Shown: positions 8,486 through 17,290 of the stretch, one piece after another
How positions within the stretch are numbered: position 1 is the stretch's first letter
How the letters are laid out: each line of letters opens with the position of its first letter
Assembly: GCA_963676915.2 (NCBI GenBank)
Contig: CAXXVK010000005.1
Span: 1-24,607 of the forward strand
Direction of reading: 5' to 3'
Source: Myxococcota bacterium
Lineage (GTDB): Bacteria; Myxococcota_A; SURF-8; G963663525
Length of the DNA stretch: 24,607 bases
Notes under the pieces: generated by a model
What the model was told of the DNA's origin: nothing
Database searches by the model: none
Seen by the model: the letters and a program-made list of their open reading frames with translations, nothing else
Position numbers and translations under genes: made by a program

Positions 8486-9742
8486 ATGGTGTCAAAAGAG
8501 CAGTGGGACTGGACTCCAGGGAAAAAGGATGTAGCGAACCTCGAAAAGATCATGTCGGAATATGATCTTGTGACAGAAACGACGCCAAGCCCGGACGGCG
8601 AGAAAATCGCGGTCGTCGCAAAAAACGACGATGAAGAGTTCGTGCTCAGTCAAAACGGCGAGGAGTGGCCGGAAGCGTTCGAAAAAATCTGGCAGGCACG
8701 CTATTTACCGAGCGGAAAGCTTGTCGGTTTCGCGATGACCGACGACGAATGGGGGTTGGCGATCGATGGGGAAATGGGCGAGGAACTCTTCGAGTTCGCC
8801 TGGAACCCCGTATTCAGCCCGGATGGCGAATCGTACGCGTACATGACCAAGATGGGTATGAAGTACGGGATCGTTCACAACGGGGAACCCTGGGAAGAGT
8901 CGTTCATGGCCATTCGAGATCTCGCCATCAGCGAGGACGGCCAGCACGTCGCGGTTACGGCACAAACCGAAAAACGTAAAGAAGCCGATATCGACGGCTT
9001 TTTCAAAGGCATGTGGTCGGTAGCGGTGGACGGCGCTTTGTGGGACAGCCGCTTCGTCGGAGTATGGGGACCATGCTTCAATCATGACAACAGCGCCGTT
9101 GCTGCCCAGGTGCGTACCGGAAACGCCGAATACGGCGTTGCGGTCAACGGAAAAGCCTGGGAGCAAAATTATCCGGCCGTGTGGGAGACGATCTTCCGTC
9201 CCGGAACCGAAAATGCTTTGGCGCCAGTACGCACACAAGGCAACTGGACAATGGCCGAAAACGGCAAGCTGCTGTGGAGCAAACTGTACGCCCAACTCTG
9301 GCATGAAAGTTTCAGCCCGGACGGCAAACGCCTGGCTGCCGTAGGATCACCCGAATTCGGAAAGTGGTCGGTCATTGTCGATGATTCTCCGTGGAAACTG
9401 CGATGGGACGACATGGTGCTTCCGCCCATCTTCAGCCCGGACAGTCGCCGGGTCGGGGCGGTGGTCAAGTCAGACGATCATTGGGGAATCGCTGTCGATG
9501 ACGAAGCCTGGAACGAAACCTTCCCGATGGTATGGGATCCGGTGTTCAGCCCGGACAGCCGCCACGTCGCTGCAAAAGTGGAAAAAGACGGCAAATACGC
9601 CGTGATGCTCGACGGCAGGTTGTTTTCCGGAGGATACGAGCAGTTGTGGGAACCGGTTTTCTCACCGGATAGTCAATACATGATGCTGCGGTACGTTTCC
9701 GGTGGAGTGTACACCAGGGAAATCGTAGCTGTAGCAGGATAA
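8486..9742 (+). CDS. tmcD: TmcD-like Trp-rich WD40/TolB-like beta-propeller subunit of the Tmc electron transfer complex
   Basis: N-terminal WDW; many W.P.FSPD repeats; very Trp-rich; about 420 aa; directly upstream of NarI-like and DsrK-like genes. ATG at 8486 preferred over GTG at 8480 (GGAG spacing). Confidence 0.78.
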   Translation: MVSKEQWDWTPGKKDVANLEKIMSEYDLVTETTPSPDGEKIAVVAKNDDEEFVLSQNGEEWPEAFEKIWQARYLPSGKLVGFAMTDDEWGLAIDGEMGEELFEFAWNPVFSPDGESYAYMTKMGMKYGIVHNGEPWEESFMAIRDLAISEDGQHVAVTAQTEKRKEADIDGFFKGMWSVAVDGALWDSRFVGVWGPCFNHDNSAVAAQVRTGNAEYGVAVNGKAWEQNYPAVWETIFRPGTENALAPVRTQGNWTMAENGKLLWSKLYAQLWHESFSPDGKRLAAVGSPEFGKWSVIVDDSPWKLRWDDMVLPPIFSPDSRRVGAVVKSDDHWGIAVDDEAWNETFPMVWDPVFSPDSRHVAAKVEKDGKYAVMLDGRLFSGGYEQLWEPVFSPDSQYMMLRYVSGGVYTREIVAVAG

Positions 9743-9799
9743 CTCCAACGTTTTCGCGTAAAGCCCCGTTCGAGGATTTGACGGAAAGGGACTACGAAG

Positions 9800-10447
9800 A
9801 TGTATGAATTTGCACGTGGACCGCTGGTTTGGATCGCTTTTATCGTTTTCGTTTTCGGAACGCTTTTTCAGGTCGTGCGCATTATCAAAACCGCCAAAAA
9901 AGACAAAGTGGTTTATCCGTACATGAACGGAATGTTCAGTATCCGATCCATCCTTCACTGGTTGGTACCGTTTGGAAGCCACAATATGAGGATTCGACCG
10001 TTTTTTACGATCATTTCCTTTTTGTTCCATTTTTGCCTGTTGATCACACCGCTGTTTGTCATGGGTCACCTGATTCTTATCAAAGAATCCTGGAGCTTCG
10101 GTTGGTTGGCTTTGCCGGAAAGTCTGACCAACGCCATGACGATCATCGTTATTGTTGGCGGACTGTTTTTCGGGTTACGACGGATCGGCAACCCTACCGT
10201 GCGTCTCGTCAGCACTGCGGGAGATTTTTTGCTGTTGCTCTTGGTGCTCAGCCCGTTTTTCACCGGTTTGCTGGCCTATTATCAGGCTTTCGATTACGAA
10301 GCCACGATCACCGCCCACATCGTGTTGGGTTGTCTATGGCTGATGGCCATTCCTTTCACTCGTTTGATCCACATGGCGTTCTTCCCGCTTACCAGAGCCT
10401 ATATGGGAAGTGAATTCGGCTATGTGCGCAATTCGAAAGATTGGTAG
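9800..10447 (+). CDS. tmcC: TmcC/HmcE-like membrane cytochrome b (NarI/DsrM family)
   Basis: YEFARGPLVW start; about 5 TM helices; four putative heme b His ligands (FH, GH, AH, IPFTRLIH). Confidence 0.85.
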   Translation: MYEFARGPLVWIAFIVFVFGTLFQVVRIIKTAKKDKVVYPYMNGMFSIRSILHWLVPFGSHNMRIRPFFTIISFLFHFCLLITPLFVMGHLILIKESWSFGWLALPESLTNAMTIIVIVGGLFFGLRRIGNPTVRLVSTAGDFLLLLLVLSPFFTGLLAYYQAFDYEATITAHIVLGCLWLMAIPFTRLIHMAFFPLTRAYMGSEFGYVRNSKDW

Positions 10448-10482
10448 ACGCGGGATACTCAATCGCTGGAGGAACGTTCGAG

Positions 10483-11802
10483 ATGGTGAAAATTTCCAAA
10501 GATCACGTGGCGGATGTCGGAATCGACGAAGGCGTCAAGCGGCTTACGCCCGAAAAAATCAAGCAGGCGGTCGATCGCGTTCTCAATCAGGAATCGGCTG
10601 CACGCCTCGAAGCCTATTTGAAAACCTGCGTGCATTGCGGATTATGCGCGGAAGCCTGTCATACCTACCTTTCGAGAGACAAAGACCCCAACTTCGCACC
10701 GGTCGCCAAAGTGCGGAACACGTTGTGGGAGTTGGTCAAACGCAAAGGTGATGTTGACGGCGATTTCATCCGTAACATGGCGCGTATCGCCTTTCTCGAA
10801 TGCGGTACGTGCCGCCGATGCAGCATGTATTGTCCTTTTGGGATCGATATCGCCTACCTGATGATGTTGATCCGTCGAATCTGCCACCTGTTGCGTGTTG
10901 TGCCGCAGTACCTTCAGGATACGACCAACAGCCACTCGGCGACCAGCAACCAGATGTGGGTCAATCAGGATGAGTGGATCGATACCCTGATGTGGCAGGA
11001 AGAAGAAGCGCAGTTCGATTATTCGAAACTACGTATCCCGCTCGATAAAGAAGGCGCGGACGTGATGTATTCGGTTATCGGTCCCGAGCCGAAAATCATG
11101 GCACACCTGATCGCCAATATGGCAAAACTGATGCACATTGCCGGAATCGACTGGACCATGCCTTCCACCGACGGGTGGGACAACAGCAACATGGCGATGT
11201 TCTCGGGCGATTTCGAGGTGATGGGACGTGTCGAGCGACTCCATTGGGAGACGGCGCAACGCTTGAAGGTCAAGAAAATCGTTATGGGCGAGTGCGGCCA
11301 TGCCTACCGTGGTGCGGTCTACGACGGCCCTCGTTGGCTGGGGTGGAAGTTCCCGCCGATCCCCATGGTTCACGCCATCGATTTCTATTACGGCTTGCTC
11401 AAAAGCGGAAAGATCAAGATCAAAAAGAAATATCAGGAGCACGTCACGGTGCAAGATCCTTGCAATACCGTGCGTGGCTTGGGGTTGGGTGAAAAACTAC
11501 GCTATATCATCAATGAAACCTGCGAGAATTTTACAGATGTATATCCACGGTACGAACACAACTATTGTTGTGCTGCCGGTGGCGGGTTGATCAACTGCGG
11601 ACCTCCCTGGAAGACGCTCCGTATGAAGTCGAACAAGGTCAAAGCCGATCAGTTGCGCGAAACCGGAGCGCACATCATCGTGACGCCATGCCACAACTGC
11701 CATAGCGGTTTGGATGACATCATCGACTATTACGACCTCGGGATGCACACGAAATTCATCATCGATATTTTGATGGAAACGGTTGATTTCCCAGAAGAAT
11801 AA
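10483..11802 (+). CDS. tmcB: TmcB-like Fe-S protein (DsrK/HdrD family)
   Basis: CVHCGLCAEAC, CGTCRRCSMYCP, ECGHA, QDPCN, CCAAGGG, PCHNC. GGAGG RBS before ATG at 10483. Confidence 0.85.
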   Translation: MVKISKDHVADVGIDEGVKRLTPEKIKQAVDRVLNQESAARLEAYLKTCVHCGLCAEACHTYLSRDKDPNFAPVAKVRNTLWELVKRKGDVDGDFIRNMARIAFLECGTCRRCSMYCPFGIDIAYLMMLIRRICHLLRVVPQYLQDTTNSHSATSNQMWVNQDEWIDTLMWQEEEAQFDYSKLRIPLDKEGADVMYSVIGPEPKIMAHLIANMAKLMHIAGIDWTMPSTDGWDNSNMAMFSGDFEVMGRVERLHWETAQRLKVKKIVMGECGHAYRGAVYDGPRWLGWKFPPIPMVHAIDFYYGLLKSGKIKIKKKYQEHVTVQDPCNTVRGLGLGEKLRYIINETCENFTDVYPRYEHNYCCAAGGGLINCGPPWKTLRMKSNKVKADQLRETGAHIIVTPCHNCHSGLDDIIDYYDLGMHTKFIIDILMETVDFPEE

Positions 11803-11833
11803 CGAATACCTTTTCCTCCGGCAAACCTTGCTT

Positions 11834-14404
11834 TTATTGATACGGTGGCGGGGCGATGTCGGCCATATCCGCCCGGAGCGCTTTGGCGTCTTCCGGGCGA
11901 TTTTCTTTCTCCATCTTTCGTGCGAGAAGTTCGAGGTTTTTCAATCCGTAAGCCGGATTGAGTCTCGCAGCTTGTAATAGTGCCTGGATTGCCTCGGTTT
12001 CATCTCCAGCCAGATACAAAGCCAGTCCCAGACCACGCAAAGCCTCGGGAGACTCCGGTTCGAGGATCACAGCTTTCTGAAAGCGCTCAACGGCGGTGGA
12101 AGCGTCATGGTCCCAATAGGACAGGTTGCCGACGGCGATCAGCGCTTCGAAATCATCCACCCCGGCGTCAAGGATTGTTTGATAGAATTGTTTGGCTTCT
12201 TTGTAGTTTTTGCGCATTTCGGCGCTTTTTCCCGCTTCCAGCAGAGCTTTCAGAGAGGGATTGTCCTGGGGTTTTTGTTCCAGCGAGGAAGCAAAGCGCT
12301 CGATGGCTTGCAAGCGCTGTCCTCCCGCTTGAAGAATGCGCCCCTCGATATAGCTTCGAGTGGATTCCCAATGGCGTTGAGCCGTGTCATTGGTGTGGCT
12401 GTATCCTTCGGTCAAAGCCAACAACCACATCAAAAACGTTGGAGTATTGACTTTGGAGGTTATCTTCTTCGAACTCAGGCGTTCGAGTTGAAGCAAAAAC
12501 TCGTTTTCGTTTCGTGCTTTTTCGTCCTTTTCTCGCGACGCGCACAAAGACGCCAGCCCCGTAACTTCCGAGTTCTTTTCAAACGGCAGAACGGAAGCCA
12601 CCGTTGATTGGATCTCTTCCTGAAAATCCTCGGGAAATTTCAGTGTTTCCCGCAGACGTTCCAGGTTTCCTCCCACGAGCGCAACAAGCGGGGAGTCTGG
12701 ATCGTCACCCACCCAGACCAAGGCTACTTTGTTGTTAAAAGTCTGACAGGCATGGTCCACCACGTCGAAAAAGAAGGGAGGTGAAAGCTGTTGCAGGGGA
12801 AGCCATAGCCAGTACAACCCAGGCCACTGGTTGGGGGGATAGGAAGAAAGCAGCGGGCTGAGGCGGAAGTCTGCAACGGCTTCGGGTGTGAGCCTGGGAA
12901 GGACTACAACCATGTCGTACGGATCAGCGCTGCGAGTGCTTGCCTGTTCCATTATCGAAAACCCTTCGACGTTTACATGGTTTTCGGCAGCAAGGGCTTG
13001 AAGAGCTGTTAACGTGTTTTCATTATTTTGTGATGTGACGTGATTTTTGTGCAAAACGAACGAAATGTCACCGTCTCCACAGGTTACGGCAGCCGGAAGA
13101 GCATCGCTCTCGACACGATCCACCAATAGTGTATGGTCTGCGTCGCGGGTCAGGACGAAAGGCAGGCAGGCGGCGAACCGTTCTTGCTGGGAGCTGAAAG
13201 TGTCGGTGTTTTCCGAGGATGGATATCCATCCACCTCCGCATACAATCCCGCCAGAACGATGATGGCACTATGAATGGTAAAATGCACGATTTTCGAAGC
13301 GTTCCAGGGTTTGCCAAGTGGAAGCAGAACCGCCAGTGCGGCTACGAGAAGAAATCCCGGCAACAGGGCGTTTTCAAATAACGCGGCGATGGAGAATCCC
13401 ATCGCGATGCCAAGAGCAGATGCGGATCGATGAAGAATGCTTGGGTTTCCAGGTGGTGTTTCGTGTAGTGTTTTCGGTAAGTTGTACAGAGATGCAAACA
13501 AACCGCCGTAGGCCATCAACAGCATGGCTCCTGCGAGCCTGAGTGTGTCGAGGGAGAATCCTCCGATGGATTCCAAAGATGCGTTGGAATAAATGAACGC
13601 CAGAAAAGCCATGAGGAATAGGGGAGATGCGGCATACCAGAAGGCGAGGGGGCGAGAAGAGTTTTGCGATTGATCATCGGAGCCAAACAACCACGAGCGA
13701 GAACTGTAGCCCAAAGCTGATCCGGCAGCCCAAGCGATGAAAAGCAACAGAATTGCCGAAAAAGAAGACTCCATTACGGGACGAAGTGCCAACCAAGCCA
13801 AAACCGGCCATGCCGATGAAACAATCCCAAATCCCAGCAATCGAGCCTGAAGACCAAGTGACAAGGAAGGCTTGGGAGATACCGTGGATTCTGCGTCGGT
13901 CTTGCGGCGAACGATGGAAGCACGCTCGAAGATTACTAAAACGGTTGCAATCCATAACAGAGTCAGCCATTCCAGAAAAAGTTCGATTCCTTGATAGCGA
14001 ATACCCAACCAAATGATTAATCCTGCAATCAAAGCCGGGATTCCATTTGTGCAATGGTTTCGCTTCTCCAAACGACCGGCTACGATCAGAAACAGTAGAA
14101 TGCCTAAAGAAATGCTCATCCATGCCGGATGCGGATCGCTTCCGAGACGGGGACCGCAAAATAGCGCTAAAATTAGAAAAACGAGGAAAATCAGTCGACT
14201 GGCCCATTTGGATTTCGAAAACGAAGACCGCAGACGATCGAGCCAAACGCCGCCTACGAACGTCAAAGCGATTCCTCCACCCAGAATCAGAAAAAGGGAA
14301 CCGGTCTCATACCCCTGCAAACGCCCCGAAACCAAAGTGATAAGGGCAAAAAGCCAGAAAAGCGTTTGTACGAAAATTGAAATCAGGGTGCGAAACCACG
14401 TCAT
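11834..14404 (-). CDS. Polytopic membrane protein + degenerate spermidine-synthase-like domain + C-terminal TPR repeats
   Basis: About 12 hydrophobic segments in the first ~390 aa; YDMVVVLP and PGLYWLWLPLQQLSP resemble the YDVI..P and GG...QWLP.Y motifs of fused membrane/spermidine synthases; TPRs (A...FQKAVILEPESPEALRGLGLAL). Confidence 0.7.
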   Translation of the reverse strand: MTWFRTLISIFVQTLFWLFALITLVSGRLQGYETGSLFLILGGGIALTFVGGVWLDRLRSSFSKSKWASRLIFLVFLILALFCGPRLGSDPHPAWMSISLGILLFLIVAGRLEKRNHCTNGIPALIAGLIIWLGIRYQGIELFLEWLTLLWIATVLVIFERASIVRRKTDAESTVSPKPSLSLGLQARLLGFGIVSSAWPVLAWLALRPVMESSFSAILLLFIAWAAGSALGYSSRSWLFGSDDQSQNSSRPLAFWYAASPLFLMAFLAFIYSNASLESIGGFSLDTLRLAGAMLLMAYGGLFASLYNLPKTLHETPPGNPSILHRSASALGIAMGFSIAALFENALLPGFLLVAALAVLLPLGKPWNASKIVHFTIHSAIIVLAGLYAEVDGYPSSENTDTFSSQQERFAACLPFVLTRDADHTLLVDRVESDALPAAVTCGDGDISFVLHKNHVTSQNNENTLTALQALAAENHVNVEGFSIMEQASTRSADPYDMVVVLPRLTPEAVADFRLSPLLSSYPPNQWPGLYWLWLPLQQLSPPFFFDVVDHACQTFNNKVALVWVGDDPDSPLVALVGGNLERLRETLKFPEDFQEEIQSTVASVLPFEKNSEVTGLASLCASREKDEKARNENEFLLQLERLSSKKITSKVNTPTFLMWLLALTEGYSHTNDTAQRHWESTRSYIEGRILQAGGQRLQAIERFASSLEQKPQDNPSLKALLEAGKSAEMRKNYKEAKQFYQTILDAGVDDFEALIAVGNLSYWDHDASTAVERFQKAVILEPESPEALRGLGLALYLAGDETEAIQALLQAARLNPAYGLKNLELLARKMEKENRPEDAKALRADMADIAPPPYQ

Positions 14405-14435
14405 TCGAGTATTTCTCCCGTTTTTATGTACAAGG

Positions 14436-15464
14436 TTAAGGCAGCAGTATGCCCAGTCCTAACCCGCCATCTACACGCCAGGTTCCGGTGGTGAATGCTT
14501 CTTGGTTGTTGAGCAAATGCCGTTGCTCGCCTAGCAATTCGACTCGTGAACCGAATTGAACGTAGCCGTTTTTATGAAAGAAAATCCGTAGGTTCAAACC
14601 GACTTCACCTGCAATGGAATGATCCACCGATTGGGAGGATTTTCCCGTTTCCGGTCTGAAAACCACAAGATGCATTCGATCGCCCAAAGCGACAAAGGGA
14701 ATGAAACGCACCGGTTTCGACAACGTAAACTGCCAACCGATACGAGCCATAATCGGAATCGAATGCAGCTCGAAACGTTGTCCTGAGAGATTGAACTCTA
14801 CGGGGAAATCGTATTCGGCTTGCACGGCTAACAGAAGCCCTGAAGGACTCAGCGCTCCGATGGCTCCGGCTAACGTTCCGTGGGCATATCCTTCGCTCCC
14901 CGTATATCCACCCCAACCCATGGTATCGAACCAGCCGGACCAGTGTTTTTCCTCTGTAGCGGGTTCTTCTTCCGGGGGAGGTTCGGGGGGATAGCTTGGC
15001 TCGGGAAGAGGATCTGGACGGACGAGTAAATAGTTAGGATTGGACAACAACAACTCAGCGGCGACCTGCGCCACCAGCAGCATGGATTCATCGATATTAG
15101 GAACCGAAAGAATACGCGACATCGGAGCTGCCTGCTCCTTTTGAATCACGATTTCGATTTCGATTCCTTCGTAGTCGTCGTTCTCCGCAATGATTTCCAC
15201 TACGGTGTCGTTGGGGTCGTCCATCCCCATTTCATCCGCCAACGTGATGTTGACCTCCGGTGGAAGGCGTAGAGCCATTTCTCTTGCGAGATAGCCGGTA
15301 TCCAGAGAAACTTCCCCAAGTGTTTGCAAACGAACCGTAGCGCCGACAGGTTCCGGGGGTGGTGGACCCTGTGCCGAAGATACACGGGCCGACGTCAGCA
15401 GAAAAAGCAGCGTCAACGCTTGTATCGAGAGCCGAAATATCGGTATGAGGCAAAGGCGCTTCAA
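14436..15464 (-). CDS. Exported protein with Pro/Glu-rich linker and probable C-terminal outer-membrane beta-barrel
   Basis: TTG start; signal peptide ending SSA-Q; PEPSYPPEPPPEEE linker; alternating amphipathic strands (IPIMARIGWQF, GLNLRIF, VDGGLGLGIL). Confidence 0.6.
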   Translation of the reverse strand: MKRLCLIPIFRLSIQALTLLFLLTSARVSSAQGPPPPEPVGATVRLQTLGEVSLDTGYLAREMALRLPPEVNITLADEMGMDDPNDTVVEIIAENDDYEGIEIEIVIQKEQAAPMSRILSVPNIDESMLLVAQVAAELLLSNPNYLLVRPDPLPEPSYPPEPPPEEEPATEEKHWSGWFDTMGWGGYTGSEGYAHGTLAGAIGALSPSGLLLAVQAEYDFPVEFNLSGQRFELHSIPIMARIGWQFTLSKPVRFIPFVALGDRMHLVVFRPETGKSSQSVDHSIAGEVGLNLRIFFHKNGYVQFGSRVELLGEQRHLLNNQEAFTTGTWRVDGGLGLGILLP

Positions 15465-15475
15465 GGTCGTTCCAC

Positions 15476-17251
15476 TCAGTCGGGAGGAAGAAGGTCCGCA
15501 AGTTTACTGGATTGCAGCGGGCGATGGAAAACAATGGTTTCGAAATCTCTGAGCAGATCCAGGTTGCCTCCGGCCAACCATTCAAGATACGGCGATTCCA
15601 GGTGATTTCGGATGAAATGCCAGCTAACCAGCGCGCCTCGGCCATCGTCGAGAGTTTTCATTTGCCATTGCGCGTGATGCAGCAGCGTCGTTGCCTGAAC
15701 CGCCATCGATAGTGAGCGGCAGAAGTTTGCGGCTGTCCACTGGCGCTGGTCTTCGTCGTGGGAAAGCATTTGTTCCGTCGCTTCGCCGAGACGAGCCAGA
15801 AACGCTCCAACACGCTCTTTCATACCACGCAACATGGGTTCGGTAATGTTTTCGAGCATTTTCCTGAGATGTGCGAAAAGATCGACGTGGGCACTGTGGC
15901 GTTCGCAGCAATGCAGCACGTCGAGCGCTTGCATGTTGAGCGAGCCATTCCAAAGTCCTAATATAGAGGCATTGGACACGAGGCTCGGCAATCCCCAATC
16001 CATGACGGCGGCGCTTCCGCCCAGCACACCGGAAACCTCGGAGACGATTTTCGGTGCCGTTCGCCCGCCCCAGTATCCCGCCAGAGACGCCAACAGACGA
16101 TATACTTTTTTATCTCCGGGACCGGCTCCCGCACCTTCATACAGGTCGAGCGAGTGGACAGCCTCGAAGCTCATCGCCATCATTCCTTCCAGTCGCAAAG
16201 CCGATTGGAGCAACGAAGCCCGGATCAATGGATGATCGCGCAGCGGTCTTCCAAACGTTTCGCGCCAGCGGGCATAAGTCAACGCTTCGAAAAACGCCCG
16301 TCGCGCCGTTGAACATGCCGCGATGGAATTGGAGATACGTCCGATGTTGAAAAGCTCCCGCGCTTGTTCAAAACCTTTCGATGCCGATCCGATCAGTGTT
16401 GCTGGAGCGTTTTCAAAGACGATTTCCCCGATGGGAAGATTTGCCATACCTGCCGTCGTCTTCAAACGGTTGATTTTCCAACCGATGGGCGCGCCGGTGA
16501 TATCGCGATGTTCGACGAGAAACAGCCCCAGACCACCGGTGCCGTTGGATTGATCGTCGATACGAGCCAGCACCAACGCTACATCGGCATTGGCGCAGGC
16601 GGCAAACCACTTGTGACCGTTGAGCTTCCATTGCCCCGCTTCTTCAGTGGCTCGGGTTTCGATAGCTCCGATATCGCTGCCCGCGCCTTTTTCCGAAAGA
16701 AATATCGCTCCGGTGGATAGATTGCCAGGGTCCATGCTGGTCAGCATGGGTAACAGCTTTCTTTTGATATCGTGGTTGGCGAAACGTTCCAAAGCCGTAA
16801 CGCAGGCATCGGAAGCGATGATTTCGTAATAACTTGAAACTTCGGCCTGGGCGAATAGGTAACCCATGGCGAAACGAACCATTCGTGGCACTTTTCGACC
16901 TAGCGAGCGGATGCGGTCTTCATAGGGAAGACCGATCATTCCCGAGGCGAAGGCACGTTCTCGAATTCTCGCTCCGGCGGGATGCAGTTCTATTTCGTCG
17001 ATGCGGTTGCCGTGGCGGTCGTAGTTTTCGAGTTGCGGGTAGTGCCGGGGATCGTTGATGATTTCCGCCAGCGGCGCGACTTTTACACCAGCCAATTCTC
17101 CTATTTCCTCGAAATAGGGTTGGAAAAACGCATAAGCGTCTTCACCGAGATATCGGCGAATTTGCAGGGTGAATGCAGGATCGTACGAATAGTAATTCAA
17201 TCCTTCCAGGTCATCGAGATCTTTCAAGATGGTTTCGATATCGGGAGACAT
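15476..17251 (-). CDS. Acyl-CoA dehydrogenase family protein, AidB-like, apparently lacking the catalytic Glu
   Basis: AidB N-terminal motif (PQLENYDRHGNRIDEIELHP), LSEKGAGSD, LNGHKWF, INRLK, RETFG.PL.DHPL, LWNGSLN. Confidence 0.85.
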   Translation of the reverse strand: MSPDIETILKDLDDLEGLNYYSYDPAFTLQIRRYLGEDAYAFFQPYFEEIGELAGVKVAPLAEIINDPRHYPQLENYDRHGNRIDEIELHPAGARIRERAFASGMIGLPYEDRIRSLGRKVPRMVRFAMGYLFAQAEVSSYYEIIASDACVTALERFANHDIKRKLLPMLTSMDPGNLSTGAIFLSEKGAGSDIGAIETRATEEAGQWKLNGHKWFAACANADVALVLARIDDQSNGTGGLGLFLVEHRDITGAPIGWKINRLKTTAGMANLPIGEIVFENAPATLIGSASKGFEQARELFNIGRISNSIAACSTARRAFFEALTYARWRETFGRPLRDHPLIRASLLQSALRLEGMMAMSFEAVHSLDLYEGAGAGPGDKKVYRLLASLAGYWGGRTAPKIVSEVSGVLGGSAAVMDWGLPSLVSNASILGLWNGSLNMQALDVLHCCERHSAHVDLFAHLRKMLENITEPMLRGMKERVGAFLARLGEATEQMLSHDEDQRQWTAANFCRSLSMAVQATTLLHHAQWQMKTLDDGRGALVSWHFIRNHLESPYLEWLAGGNLDLLRDFETIVFHRPLQSSKLADLLPPD

Positions 17252-17290
17252 GGGTTTCTCCTTATACGAGTGTCCGGTTAGGACGAAGGA

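Noticed and set aside
10627-10641. CVHCG / PCHNCH in TmcB as heme c sites
   Set aside because: CVHC is part of a ferredoxin motif and CHNCH is the terminal CxxC of the CCG domain in a cytoplasmic protein with no signal peptide
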